Numbered from the stretch's first letter, positions 49,012-59,485 are shown. The stretch is DNA of 64,000 nt from Candidatus Melainabacteria bacterium 17Bon1m (GCA_032128875.1 JAVLKG010000012.1:96001-160000); one strand, 5' to 3'. Made by a program: numbers and translations. The notes: generated by a model not told the origin, from the sequence alone.

Positions 49012-49122
49012 TGCTGCGCGTGCGCAGCAGTGCAGGGAGCCGCATGCGGCTCCCGTACATACAAAACCGCATGCGGCTCCCGTACATACAAAACCGCATG
49101 CGGCTCCCGTACATACAAAACC
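49012..49122. repeat. REP elements and 3x27-bp tandem array upstream of the RAYT
   Basis: TGCTGCGC-GT-GCGCAGCA (49012-49029); GGGAGCCGCATGCGGCTCCC (49035-49054); CCGCATGCGGCTCCCGTACATACAAAA x3 (49040-49120). Confidence 0.92.
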
Positions 49123-49192
49123 TAGGAGGAACAAAGCGTAAGTGCCGCAGTCTTCAGGTTCATTCTGCCAAACACCTTATGGGGATTCGATC

Positions 49193-49666
49193 TTGAGTCG
49201 TTTTCAATTAAAAAACAAAATTATCCTGGCGCTAGTCATTGCCTTATTGCCACTGAGCACTTTTAGTGTTGACGCAAAGAAACCCAAAAAGGAAAAGAGT
49301 CAGACTGAGGCTTGCGAAAATGGGAAGAAGTGTGAGAAAGGAAAAAAGATGAACAAAATAACGAGTTTTACCTATCACCAGTCAGGTGGATTCGCGGCGA
49401 TTAATCGCGGTTATTCTGTAAAGCTCGCTGACTTGAGCGAAGATGAAGGAAGCAAGCTCACAGAATTGATTTCCACAAGCGGTCTTTTAAAAATGAAGAA
49501 CGAACACAAGACAACTCCCGGCGCTGCTGATATGTTCTTCTACGAGTTCAGTGCCATTAATGGTGGCGAGCATAAAGCAACTTACGATGATGGCAGTCTG
49601 CCACAGTCGTTTAGACCGTTGCTCGAATTCGTTCGCGACAAAGCTAAAGTCGAACCACGCAATTAG
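49193..49666 (+). CDS. Emfourin-like (protealysin inhibitor-like) protein with signal peptide
   Basis: QSGGFAA...GAADMFFYE...YDD..LP....L pattern; TTG start after GGGGA; hydrophobic leader ending SVDA. Confidence 0.55.
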   Translation: MSRFQLKNKIILALVIALLPLSTFSVDAKKPKKEKSQTEACENGKKCEKGKKMNKITSFTYHQSGGFAAINRGYSVKLADLSEDEGSKLTELISTSGLLKMKNEHKTTPGAADMFFYEFSAINGGEHKATYDDGSLPQSFRPLLEFVRDKAKVEPRN

Positions 49667-49689
49667 CTCGCAGTCCAAATCTAGCTAGA

Positions 49690-50451
49690 CTAGTGATGAT
49701 CAGAAACAGTTTCAATGGAAGCAGCAGTTATTGCTGCTTTCTTTTTCTTGCGTGTGCTGGCGAGGTTTAAGGTCTCGACAAAAATCGAGAATGCCATCGC
49801 GGCGTAAATGTAGCCTTTTGAAATGTGGTGACCAAGCCCTTCTCCTGCCAGGGTGATGCCGATGAGAAGGAGGAAGCTCAGCGCCAGCATTTTTACGGTT
49901 GGATTGCGGTGAATAAAGTCACTCACTGCACCGGCGAAGATCATCATGATGACGACTGATATCATCACGGCAAGAACCATGACCCAGAGCTGATCAACCA
50001 TGCCGACTGCGGTTATAACGGAATCGAGAGAGAAGACAATGTCCAAAATGACGATCTGAACAAGGACGCCGGAGAAAGAGATGCTGCCCTTGGTTTGGAG
50101 TTCTTCCTCCTCAAGATTTTCAATCTTCTCGTGTATCTCTTTGGTCGCTTTGTAGACAAGAAAAGCACCACCACCAATGAGCACCAGATCGCGACCTGAA
50201 AAACCGTGATTCATCAATTCGAACATGGGTTCTTTTAGCGACATCACCCAAGATAAAGAAAACAGCAATCCGATCCGCGTGACCATCGCCAAAGCCAGAC
50301 CGACAAGCCTTGCTTTCTTTCTTTGCGACTCAGGCAAGCGTGATGAAAGGATCGAGATGAAAATGATGTTGTCGATACCCAGAACGATTTCCATCAGCGT
50401 GAGCGAAAGCAGCGCTGCGGCTATCTCTGTGTCGATCAGCAAATTTTCCAA
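49690..50451 (-). CDS. TerC family membrane protein
   Basis: LTLMEIVLGIDNIIFISIL, DIVFSLDSVITAVGM, KGYIY.AMAFS. Confidence 0.93.
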   Translation of the reverse strand: MENLLIDTEIAAALLSLTLMEIVLGIDNIIFISILSSRLPESQRKKARLVGLALAMVTRIGLLFSLSWVMSLKEPMFELMNHGFSGRDLVLIGGGAFLVYKATKEIHEKIENLEEEELQTKGSISFSGVLVQIVILDIVFSLDSVITAVGMVDQLWVMVLAVMISVVIMMIFAGAVSDFIHRNPTVKMLALSFLLLIGITLAGEGLGHHISKGYIYAAMAFSIFVETLNLASTRKKKKAAITAASIETVSDHH

Positions 50452-50594
50452 ACTGATAACTCCCCTTCTTCATTGTGCTCAAAAAAGTGCTTTAGTTTAG
50501 ACGAAGCTCGATTTTCTTGCCATCCTTATGCAAGCAAGCTTAATAACTGATTGCCGAAGCTCAGCTATAAGAGTCGAAATTGAAGTTGTATCTA

Positions 50595-51836
50595 TTAGAC
50601 GTTCAATTGTGGGAAAGTGCCCGTCCAGGGACCAGGATTTACTTCCTCTTCTTGCATGCGATGGTATTGAATGAGCGCTTGCTCGATGGTCAAACGGTCA
50701 TCGCGGAAGAATTTGTACGCCATTGCGGCGCGTTGGACGGAAGTCATTTGCTTGTCCGTGAGAAAACCAGAGCGTTGCAAAATCTCTTTCACGTCCGGGT
50801 GAATGCGTTCTGCAGATGGAACTGCGAAATGAAAGTTGGTGCGCAGCTCTTGCCAGGTTTCGTCTAACTGTTTGTCAATTTCTGGCTGTTCGACCTGTTT
50901 GGCATTACGCTCCGCCGATTTTGGCACACAATTAGTCAATTTCAAGAATGAAGAAAACGACACTGTAGACTTTTCCATCGCAGGCATTTGAGTCAAAGTA
51001 CCCGTACGATCATCATCATCTTTTTTGGACAAAAGTTTTTTCAGTTGATTCAGACCCTGATTGAAACTGATTTTGTTGTTGCGGATCATGTGTTGGACTT
51101 CAAGTGCCGCATGCACTTCATAGGGCTTGATCAGATTTAGTGAAGTGAGAGCTTCGCCTAAAAACTTACCTTCGGCGCTCGACATGATCAGTGCGTATTC
51201 GACGTCTTTCTCTGTGATGAGTCCAGCCATGCTCAGCAACTGACCGAGTTGGGTGCGCTGTTCCATTAATGATTGGCTTACATTCGAGATAACTGCATTG
51301 TTTCGTCGAGCTGAGTAGAGCTGATTGATTGCTTCTTCGCGCGACATAGTTCCAGCGCGAACGTGTGCCTGAAGTTTTAGCGCGACGTCGATGACGTCCA
51401 TTGGCACATCGGCGAGATTTGAAACAACCCTTCCCAGCGGCAGTCCCGTGGCTTTTGCACAGGCAAGACGCGATTTCAGGAGGTCTCGATTGAGTGTTTC
51501 GCTCTCAATGAGCAGTTCTCCAAGACGGCAGCGTTTTTTCGACCCCACCTCGATTCCCAAAAGATCAAGAGCCAGATTGAATTGAATGCGTTTTCTGATG
51601 ACGACGGACATAGCTTCGCGCGCGTGTTGCGGCAGTATGACTGAATCTCGAAGCAGCGCTTGCGCCGTGACTGCGTTGTGAAGCAGCTCCAAGTCTACGG
51701 CGTCGTGCATTCTCAGAGCCAAGCCTAAAGGCAAGGACAGCTTACGCGCGTCCGTTAGCGCTGCGTTTCTGTCATTTTCAGAAACGAGCTGCCACTGGAC
51801 CAACAGTTCTCCAATAGGAGGTGTTGATTTGTCCAT
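50595..51836 (-). CDS. Multi-MshEN-like repeat protein (paralog 2; start could be 51887)
   Basis: Collinear with 42048..43277 over its full length. Confidence 0.65.
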   Translation of the reverse strand: MDKSTPPIGELLVQWQLVSENDRNAALTDARKLSLPLGLALRMHDAVDLELLHNAVTAQALLRDSVILPQHAREAMSVVIRKRIQFNLALDLLGIEVGSKKRCRLGELLIESETLNRDLLKSRLACAKATGLPLGRVVSNLADVPMDVIDVALKLQAHVRAGTMSREEAINQLYSARRNNAVISNVSQSLMEQRTQLGQLLSMAGLITEKDVEYALIMSSAEGKFLGEALTSLNLIKPYEVHAALEVQHMIRNNKISFNQGLNQLKKLLSKKDDDDRTGTLTQMPAMEKSTVSFSSFLKLTNCVPKSAERNAKQVEQPEIDKQLDETWQELRTNFHFAVPSAERIHPDVKEILQRSGFLTDKQMTSVQRAAMAYKFFRDDRLTIEQALIQYHRMQEEEVNPGPWTGTFPQLNV

Positions 51837-52033
51837 GAATTTAGGTCTGGGTTCTTGCTGCAAGGGATGGGACTTCCGGGACTCCAATATTTCTATTATG
51901 CCCGAATTGGACGCCCAAAAGACGCTCGGCGCTGCAAATTGCAGTGTGGCACGGCTTTGCAGGCGCGCGACCGAAGTAAAACCACGCCAAGCGGCGGATT
52001 ATCCTGTTTTTTACCGATTCTTATGGACCGGAG

Positions 52034-53869
52034 CTACTTGATACTGTCCTTAAGAGCCTTTTGCTGCGTGAGGAATTCCTCTGGCAGGCTGTCTTTCAGC
52101 GTGTCGAACAACTCTTTATGGCTTTCTAGCTCTTGCTGCCAGAGATTGGCATCAACCTTGACCAGCTTGTTGAAGTCTTCATGGCTGACTGATTCCAAAC
52201 CGTTGAAGTCCAGATCTCCTTTCGTCGGGATCCAGCCGAGAGACTCCTTGCGCGCTCCGACCTTACCTTCGATGCGCTCGAACATCCACTTGATCACGCG
52301 CATATTTTCGCCAAAACCAGGCCAGAGGAATTCGCCTTTGGAGCCTTTGAGGAACCAATTGACGTTGAAGATCTTCGGTTGGGTTTTGACCTTTTCGCCC
52401 ATCTTGAGCCAGTGTCTGAAGTAATCACCCATGTTGTAACCGCAGAAAGGCAGCATCGCCATTGGGTCGCGGCGCACTGCGCCGATTTTTCCTTCGGCTG
52501 CTGCGGTCTGCTCAGAGCCCATGGTTGCTGCCATGTAGACACCATGCAACCAGGAGAATGCTTCGGTGACCAGAGGAATAGTGGTGCAGCGACGCCCGCC
52601 GAAAATGAATGCGGAGATTGGCACGCCTTGCGGGTTGTCCCAGTTCTCATCCAGTGATGGGCATTGGCTGGTGGGCACAGTGAAACGAGCATTCGGGTGA
52701 GCCGCTGGACGACCGCAGTCTTTAGTCCATGGCTTTCCTTGCCAATCAAGCAATTCTTCCGGTGTTTCGTCAGTCATGCCCTCCCACCATACATCGCCGT
52801 CTTTAGTGAGTGCGACGTTGGTGAAGACGCAGTTTTCCTTCATCGTGATCATGGCATTCGGATTTGTTTTGTCCGAGGTGCCTGGAGCGACGCCGAAATA
52901 TCCAGCTTCAGGGTTGATTGCGTAGAAGCGTCCATCTTTGCCGGGCTTGATCCAGGCGATATCGTCGCCGATGGTTGTGACCTTCCAACCCTTCACGCCT
53001 GCGGGAGGAATGAGCATTGCAAGATTGGTTTTGCCGCAAGCGCTGGGGAATGCTGCTGCGAAATACTTCTTCTGACCTTCTGGTGATTGAACGCCCATAA
53101 TGAGCATGTGCTCTGCCAGCCAGCCATCTTCTTTGCCCATGGTCGAAGCGATACGCAAAGCGAAGCACTTCTTGCCGAGCAGCGCATTGCCGCCGTATCC
53201 TGAGCCGTAAGACCAGATTTCGCGTGTCTCCGGAAAATGAACAATGTATTTGGTGTCGCGGTTGCAAGGCCAGCTCACGTCTGGTTGACCAGCTGCCAGC
53301 GGCATGCCGACGGAGTGCAAGCACTGAACGAAATTGCCGTTGGCACCGAGCATGTCGATTGCAGCCTTGCCCATGCGCGTCATTGTGCGCATGCTCACAA
53401 CTACATAGGGCGAGTCTGTGATTTCAACACCGATTTGCGAAAGAGGCGAACCGATTGGTCCCATAGAAAACGGCACTACATACATTGTGCGCCCGCGCAT
53501 GCAACCGGTGAAGAGTGGGGTGAGCTTTGCTTTTGCGTCAGCCGGCGCCATCCAGTTATTGTTGGGTCCGGCGTTTTCTTGAGAATCGCTGCATACAAAA
53601 GTCCGATCCTCGACTCTTGCGACATCTGACGGATCGGACCATGCGAGATAGCTGTTAGGACGTTTGTCCGGATTGAGGCGAAGCAATTTGCCTTCGGCGA
53701 CCATCTGGGTGCACAGGCGGTCTGTTTCTTCTTTCGAACCGTCGCACCAAACAATGCGCTCCGGTTGGCACATAGCGGCCATCTTTTCTACCCAGGCGAG
53801 CAGGGCTCGGTTCTCAACCTTGTAGCCACTGACTATCGATATTTTTGACAGGTTTGCGGTTGTGGGCAT
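52034..53869 (-). CDS. pckG: Phosphoenolpyruvate carboxykinase (GTP)
   Basis: [61 protein letters not shown]. Confidence 0.97.
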   Translation of the reverse strand: MPTTANLSKISIVSGYKVENRALLAWVEKMAAMCQPERIVWCDGSKEETDRLCTQMVAEGKLLRLNPDKRPNSYLAWSDPSDVARVEDRTFVCSDSQENAGPNNNWMAPADAKAKLTPLFTGCMRGRTMYVVPFSMGPIGSPLSQIGVEITDSPYVVVSMRTMTRMGKAAIDMLGANGNFVQCLHSVGMPLAAGQPDVSWPCNRDTKYIVHFPETREIWSYGSGYGGNALLGKKCFALRIASTMGKEDGWLAEHMLIMGVQSPEGQKKYFAAAFPSACGKTNLAMLIPPAGVKGWKVTTIGDDIAWIKPGKDGRFYAINPEAGYFGVAPGTSDKTNPNAMITMKENCVFTNVALTKDGDVWWEGMTDETPEELLDWQGKPWTKDCGRPAAHPNARFTVPTSQCPSLDENWDNPQGVPISAFIFGGRRCTTIPLVTEAFSWLHGVYMAATMGSEQTAAAEGKIGAVRRDPMAMLPFCGYNMGDYFRHWLKMGEKVKTQPKIFNVNWFLKGSKGEFLWPGFGENMRVIKWMFERIEGKVGARKESLGWIPTKGDLDFNGLESVSHEDFNKLVKVDANLWQQELESHKELFDTLKDSLPEEFLTQQKALKDSIK

Positions 53870-54341
53870 CTGAACCTCGAAGCTCCTTTTGATGTCTTTT
53901 TCAAGCACTGGTGTATCTCCCTGGTCGCTAATGCGCTTTCAAATGGCAAGAAACCCGCCGGCTAGATTCCCGTTGAATCCACCCAGGCGTAAATAGTTTT
54001 TTGTAAAACTGAACTGTCTGAAAAGTCCGACAGCGGTCTTGAAAGCACCGAGTCAATTATCTCATTGAAACCGTAATAAGAACTGTAACTAAGGTACTCT
54101 TAGCCTTTGCTCTTGCTAATTGCGTTTCTCTAGCAAGGGTAAGTCCGTCGGGCGTTTTGCGTGCGCAATTTTGGGTGGGGTGGAAAGGCGATTGCAATGC
54201 TCTTCCTTTTGACTGCTGCCCTGTATTAAGGGGGCTCAGGAAGGACTGTTGAATTGAACAGTTACTCGCTCGCCGATTTTTCCTATTGTGAGTGCATCGA
54301 CCAGCGAGTCGGTTCTCTCTTCCCCCACGAGGAACGCTTCT

Positions 54342-54683
54342 ATGTCTAACCCATTCGAATTCAACCGCGGTGACAACAAGAAGTTCGATGCAAAACATGC
54401 AATCGATGATGCAGCGCATCTCGGCGGTCAAATCTGGCATGACATGAAGAGTGAAGGACCGAAAATCGTTGACTATGTGACTAAGACACCGGCTGTCGCC
54501 GACACTGCAGGTGCGCTCTGTTCGCTGGCTATTGTTCTTGCACCAGAGGCTCCGCCTGCCGCAATCGCCCTTGGGACATTGGGTGTGACAATGTTTGGCG
54601 CAAAAGCTGTCTACGATATCGCCGAACCGGCGATTAAGAAAGCCGGTGAAGCTTACTTGAAATTCCCAACCCTGGGTCAGTAA
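54342..54683 (+). CDS. Hypothetical protein
   Basis: GAGGA SD, a hydrophobic hairpin, and a downstream terminator. Confidence 0.65.
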   Translation: MSNPFEFNRGDNKKFDAKHAIDDAAHLGGQIWHDMKSEGPKIVDYVTKTPAVADTAGALCSLAIVLAPEAPPAAIALGTLGVTMFGAKAVYDIAEPAIKKAGEAYLKFPTLGQ

Positions 54684-54723
54684 CACAAAGTTTTAGGGGA
54701 GCTAGAAAGCCCAAAGCCGCAAC

Positions 54724-54762
54724 CGAAGCCGCCATGAAAATGGTGGCTTCGTTGTTTTTTTT
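54724..54762 (+). terminator. Intrinsic terminator
   Basis: CGAAGCCGCCAT-GAAA-ATGGTGGCTTCG followed by a T-tract. Confidence 0.85.
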
Positions 54763-54896
54763 GCAGAGTTTGCGCACCGTCCATGACACCATTGTGCCTG
54801 GCGTAAAATAAATGCTGGAAGCAGCTAAAATAGCGGAATCAGCTTTTCATCAGGAGCAATGGGGGTTTTATTCAAAAACTGGTTGCAATTGGCGCG

Positions 54897-55739
54897 TTGA
54901 GCGCTCTTATATTTTTCTCTTTGCCTGCTCGTGCAACGGAAGCAGCGAAGCCCAGGACATTTTTGCAGGGACGGATAGAACAAGTTGCAGCCAGCAATGA
55001 GTTGTCCAAGATCGTGCTGTATAAACAGAGTCCCAAGCTAGATAAGCGTTCGACTTTCAACGCCGGCACTCAAGTTTCGAGCTACCCTTCTTATCTTGTC
55101 GGTCGTTGGGCTGGGGATCTCAAAAATGTCTGGACGGTTAATGCTCCGAATATCACAAATCAGTTGCCGCAGTATAGGGTTGGCAATGTCGGCACGGTTG
55201 TGATGCACTTCGACAAAGTCGGCAGCCAGGTAAAACTCTTACCGACGGTCATTTTTTTTCCGGTTGAAGAAGTTCCAGTATCCCAATCGGCAATCAACAC
55301 AACCGAAATACAAGCTGATTCGATCGAAGCCTTCAAAAAACGAACACTCGCAAGTGGCATATTGCGCGGGGTTCCCACACTGCCGTTAGCGAAATTCAGC
55401 GGCGAAGGTCTAACCGGTCGCAAATTCGAATCTCGCATACTGCATAATTCAATCCAAGTGCTAAAGCCAGGTGTTGTAGAGCAAGACGTTGTGATTGGTG
55501 AGTGGAAGGACGGATCTTTCTTTAACTACCGTGAATTCGTCTCGCGTTTTACCTGGTACGGTCCCGACAAAATTTATGCTCAGGTGCTAATCGCCAACTT
55601 CGGAGACACCCGTCAGGCCATTTCCAAGACGCTTCTCGAGGGATGGATGAGTAGTAATTGGAGACCTGTAGCAGACAAGATTGCCAGTCGTCTGCAGACG
55701 ACCTGGGATGAGGTCGTCAGACGTGATGGCATTGAATAA
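54897..55739 (+). CDS. Hypothetical secreted protein (true start probably upstream)
   Basis: 280-aa ORF; a signal peptide ending ARA extends upstream in frame. Confidence 0.7.
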   Translation: MSALIFFSLPARATEAAKPRTFLQGRIEQVAASNELSKIVLYKQSPKLDKRSTFNAGTQVSSYPSYLVGRWAGDLKNVWTVNAPNITNQLPQYRVGNVGTVVMHFDKVGSQVKLLPTVIFFPVEEVPVSQSAINTTEIQADSIEAFKKRTLASGILRGVPTLPLAKFSGEGLTGRKFESRILHNSIQVLKPGVVEQDVVIGEWKDGSFFNYREFVSRFTWYGPDKIYAQVLIANFGDTRQAISKTLLEGWMSSNWRPVADKIASRLQTTWDEVVRRDGIE

Positions 55740-55803
55740 TTTACATCTGTGCCGCGGGAACTTTTGAAAGTCACGAGGGTCGTGCAAATTCGATCAGAAA
55801 CGC

Positions 55804-55818
55804 TTTACCGCGGTATGG
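55804..55818. promoter_or_regulatory. 15-bp element TTTACCGCGGTATGG (copy 1) with palindromic core
   Basis: Identical to 61534-61548; core TACCGCGGTA. Confidence 0.45.
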
Positions 55819-55945
55819 TTAGGCGAAATAGATTTCTTGTATGTCAAAGGTCTGGTTTTGGCCTAGTATTTGAACCTAGAACAATTGCAAAGTAAGATCC
55901 TTTCAGTAGTCGGTAGAATAAGTAAGTAATGGAAACCCTTAGTGC

Positions 55946-58900
55946 ATGAAGCTCACAACTCGAATCACCCTTGTTTTTCTCTTGGCGGTGCTGGCGATTG
56001 TTGTCAGTGCGTGGGTTTCGCACGGAAATACCGAGAAGGTTAATGAAACACGGTATTGGGTTGAGCATACGCAAATTGTAATTGGTCGTCTTGACCGCCT
56101 TTACATGTTGATTAAGGAGGCGGAAACCGCAGTGCGCGGTGTCCTCGTCACTCGCAAAGAGAGAATGTCGACCTTTTACGACAAGGCGAAATCGGAAATT
56201 CAAGCGACATATGAAGAACTGAAGATTCTTACCTCTGACAACCCGAAGCAAGTCGAACGCTTGGGTCGTTTCAAGTCTTTGCTTGATTCCCGCACGGCTG
56301 AATGGAGTGATTTCATTCGCCATTCTGGCACCGTAGGAAGTCCTTCGTGGCAGTCGACGCTGGAAAAGTCTTTTGAGAGCCAATATGCCGGCAAGATAAA
56401 AGATGTGATTGGCGAAATGAAGGACGACGAGCAGGCTCTTCTCAAAGTGCGTACTCAAGATGCGCTGCGCAGTGTTGAGTCGAGCCAACAAATCACTTTC
56501 CTTCTGACAGCAATTTTGGTTGGCGTATTGGGCGGGATATCCGCGATGGTAGTCATGTCAATGAACAAGGCTATTAGCGCTCTTCTCGAAGGCACGAAGC
56601 GGATTGGTGATGGGTATTACGACCATCGTATCGACCTTAAAAGCAATGATGAATTCGGTACTCTGGCGGCGTCTTTCGATGCGATGGCTGCTCGAGTCGA
56701 GCAGTTCAATTTGGAGCAATCAGACAAGAATTGGATCAAGAAAAACATCAATAATCTGGGCTTGATTCTGCAAGGACAGCGCGATTTCGAAAAAGCTGGA
56801 ACACTCATTCTTAACAACCTGGCACCAGTGGTGGAGGCAAAGCAAGCTGCGCTTTATTGCGTAGACACTGAGAGAAAAGACGATACGCTCTTCCTTATTG
56901 CCAGTTTTGCATGCGGCAAGGACAGTGGCATTCCGCTCACCATACAGTTTGGAGATGGCTCGATTGGTCAGGCCGCCGTGGCCAAACAACCGGTTCATTT
57001 GGATGGAATCGGGACTGACTCTTTTAGAATTAAGTCCGCGCTACTTAACACTACAGCCGCCGATGTCTACATTCTTCCATTGCTTTTCGAAGGGGTCGTA
57101 CACGGCGTTATAGAACTTGCGTCGGAGAAGAAATTCCCAGAGCGGGCCGTTCTCTTGATGGACGAGTTGAGCGGTTTGCTTGGCGTGGTTTTCAATTCGA
57201 TTTCAGCGAATCTTGTCACCGAGCGCCTGCTCGATGAATCTCGCCAGCTTAATGAAGAACTCCGTTTGCAACAGGAAGAGTTAGAAGCGCAAGCTGAAGA
57301 ACTAGAGACACAACAGGAAGAATTGCGTCATGTAAATGAAGAGATGCAGCAAAAGCAAGACGCGCTGGAAGAGCAAAATGCACTCGTCTTCGAGAAAAAT
57401 ATCGAACTTGAAGGCATGCGCCAGAGCCTTGAAGACAAGGCACAGCAATTGGCGGTATCTTCTAAATACAAGTCGGAATTCTTGGCTAACATGTCACACG
57501 ACTTGCGCACGCCCCTCAATTCACTGCTGATATTTTCCGAACTGCTTTCCGACAATGAAGAAGGCAATTTGAATGAATCGCAGGTCGATTTTGCCAAGAA
57601 CATCAACATGGCTGGGAAAACTCTTCTCACCTTGATTGACGACATTCTAGACCTCTCCAAGATTGAGGCGGGGCGTGTTAATCCCGATATCAAAAACGTC
57701 GAGCTTGCAGATGTTTTATTGGATGTCGAAAGAAGCTTCCGAAAAGTTGCTGAAGGCAAGAAGATACATTTTGATTTGAAACTCGCTCCTGATACGCCGA
57801 AGCTCATGCGTACCGATGAGCGCCGGTTGCTGCAATTGTTGAACAATCTGCTCAGTAATGCGTTTAAGTTCACCGAAAGAGGCAGTGTTTCGCTCGCAAT
57901 TGATAGAAGTAAGTCAACTGAAGGCAATGGTCACGAAGGCGATTTTGTCACCTTCTCTGTCACGGACACCGGCATCGGCATTGCCCCCGAGCAGCAAGCC
58001 CTCGTGTTTGAAGCCTTTCACCAGGCCGACTCATCATCAACCAGAAAGTTTGGTGGAACCGGGCTTGGGCTGTCGATTTGTCGTGAATTGTCGGCGCTTT
58101 TGGGTGGCTGGGTCGAGGTGAAGAGCGAGCTAAATAAAGGCAGTACATTCACGTTGCATTTGCCTGTCGCCTATAAAGGAAAAATCGAGCCGCGTCGCCG
58201 AAGTTTGACTGCCCCTGTCGTGCCAGAGCGAACTGAATCCGCTGTCGAAGACAGAGAGAATGAAGCCTTTCTCTATGCAGATGTTCCTGATGATCGAATG
58301 AATATCAATGAAGGCGATAGAGTCATGCTTATCATTGAAGATGATAAGCCATTTGCTACGATGCTCCTGGATTTGGCACGGAAAAACAAATTCAAAGGCG
58401 TTGTTTCAATGCGCGGTAAAGACGGATTGATTCTTGCACGTCGATTGCTGCCTGACGCCATTACTCTCGATTTGAAACTGCCGGATATGGAAGGCTGGGT
58501 AGTGCTAGACCAGCTGAAAAACAACAGCGAGACTCGTCATATTCCGGTCCATATTATTTCGGCATCCAATGAGCAGCATCGCGGGCTGAGCCTCGGCGCC
58601 ATCGGTTATTTGGAAAAGCCGGTGACACTGTCGACGTTAAACGATGCGATTGAAAAGATTCGGCATTATTTTGATAAGCAGACTGGTGCCGTCTTGATTG
58701 CGGAATCTGATCATGCTTTGCGCAAGAGTCTGGTTGAGCTTTTAGAAAACGGCGATTTCAATATTGAGTCTGTGGAACATGGTGAGGCTGCGATTAAATC
58801 GTGGGGTACTAAACCTTACGATTGTTCGATTATCAACATGAATTTGAGTGATATGGACGGTTTGACACTGGCCAAAAAATTCCTGGCCAGCAATTACACC

Positions 58901-59485
58901 CATCCTTTGCTAGTTTTCAGCAATCATGGATTGTCTGAAGGGGAGAAAGCCGAGTTAGAGGCGCTTGGGCGCATCAACATTGTAAAAGACATTGATTCAC
59001 CCGAACGATTGCTTAGCGAAGTCGGGCTATTTTTGCATCGTGTCGAAACAAAATTGCCTATGGTCAAGCAGCAATTGGTTACGAAGGTGCGTCAGGATGA
59101 CAATGCTCTGGTCGGTCGAAAGCTGCTTATCGTCGACGATGATCCAAGAAATGTCGACGCTCTAAGTTCGCTATTGAAGAAGTATCAGATGAATCTGGTT
59201 ACTGCAGAAAATGGCAGAGACGCGCTTGAAAAACTCGATAAGCATAAGGACGTTGACGTCGTTCTGATGGACATTATGATGCCGGAAATGGACGGCTATG
59301 AAGCGATGCGTGCAATTAGGGCGCAGCGAGAATTCTCGTCGCTTCCGATCATTGCAGTTACCGCAAAAGCAATGCAAGGAGACCGTGTAAAGTGTCTCGA
59401 GAGCGGTGCTTCTGATTACATAACAAAGCCGGTAGACCGCTCCCAACTTCTGTCACTCCTGAGAGTCTGGCTCTACAAAGCCTGA
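55946..59485 (+). CDS. Hybrid sensor kinase CHASE3-HAMP-GAF-HisKA-HATPase-3xREC
   Basis: WVEHT..AETAVRG (CHASE3), DEFG.LA..F..M (HAMP), FLANMSHDLRTPLN, NLLSNAFKFT, DTGIG, GGTGLGL; three REC domains, the middle one with Asn at the Asp site. Confidence 0.95.
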   Translation: MKLTTRITLVFLLAVLAIVVSAWVSHGNTEKVNETRYWVEHTQIVIGRLDRLYMLIKEAETAVRGVLVTRKERMSTFYDKAKSEIQATYEELKILTSDNPKQVERLGRFKSLLDSRTAEWSDFIRHSGTVGSPSWQSTLEKSFESQYAGKIKDVIGEMKDDEQALLKVRTQDALRSVESSQQITFLLTAILVGVLGGISAMVVMSMNKAISALLEGTKRIGDGYYDHRIDLKSNDEFGTLAASFDAMAARVEQFNLEQSDKNWIKKNINNLGLILQGQRDFEKAGTLILNNLAPVVEAKQAALYCVDTERKDDTLFLIASFACGKDSGIPLTIQFGDGSIGQAAVAKQPVHLDGIGTDSFRIKSALLNTTAADVYILPLLFEGVVHGVIELASEKKFPERAVLLMDELSGLLGVVFNSISANLVTERLLDESRQLNEELRLQQEELEAQAEELETQQEELRHVNEEMQQKQDALEEQNALVFEKNIELEGMRQSLEDKAQQLAVSSKYKSEFLANMSHDLRTPLNSLLIFSELLSDNEEGNLNESQVDFAKNINMAGKTLLTLIDDILDLSKIEAGRVNPDIKNVELADVLLDVERSFRKVAEGKKIHFDLKLAPDTPKLMRTDERRLLQLLNNLLSNAFKFTERGSVSLAIDRSKSTEGNGHEGDFVTFSVTDTGIGIAPEQQALVFEAFHQADSSSTRKFGGTGLGLSICRELSALLGGWVEVKSELNKGSTFTLHLPVAYKGKIEPRRRSLTAPVVPERTESAVEDRENEAFLYADVPDDRMNINEGDRVMLIIEDDKPFATMLLDLARKNKFKGVVSMRGKDGLILARRLLPDAITLDLKLPDMEGWVVLDQLKNNSETRHIPVHIISASNEQHRGLSLGAIGYLEKPVTLSTLNDAIEKIRHYFDKQTGAVLIAESDHALRKSLVELLENGDFNIESVEHGEAAIKSWGTKPYDCSIINMNLSDMDGLTLAKKFLASNYTHPLLVFSNHGLSEGEKAELEALGRINIVKDIDSPERLLSEVGLFLHRVETKLPMVKQQLVTKVRQDDNALVGRKLLIVDDDPRNVDALSSLLKKYQMNLVTAENGRDALEKLDKHKDVDVVLMDIMMPEMDGYEAMRAIRAQREFSSLPIIAVTAKAMQGDRVKCLESGASDYITKPVDRSQLLSLLRVWLYKA

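Noticed and set aside
49040..49120. 3x27-bp repeats as a CRISPR array
   Set aside because: The units are contiguous with no unique spacers, there are no cas genes, and they derive from the REP palindrome.
48932..49196. ORFs MYGSRMRFC... and MLRVRSS... with peptide repeats
   Set aside because: These are translation by-products of the 27-bp (multiple of 3) REP array.
53910..54340. Structured RNA in the pckG divergent intergenic region
   Set aside because: Only short isolated hairpins (CTTGCTA/TAGCAAG, ACTGTT/AACAGT) are present, with no coherent fold or recurrence.
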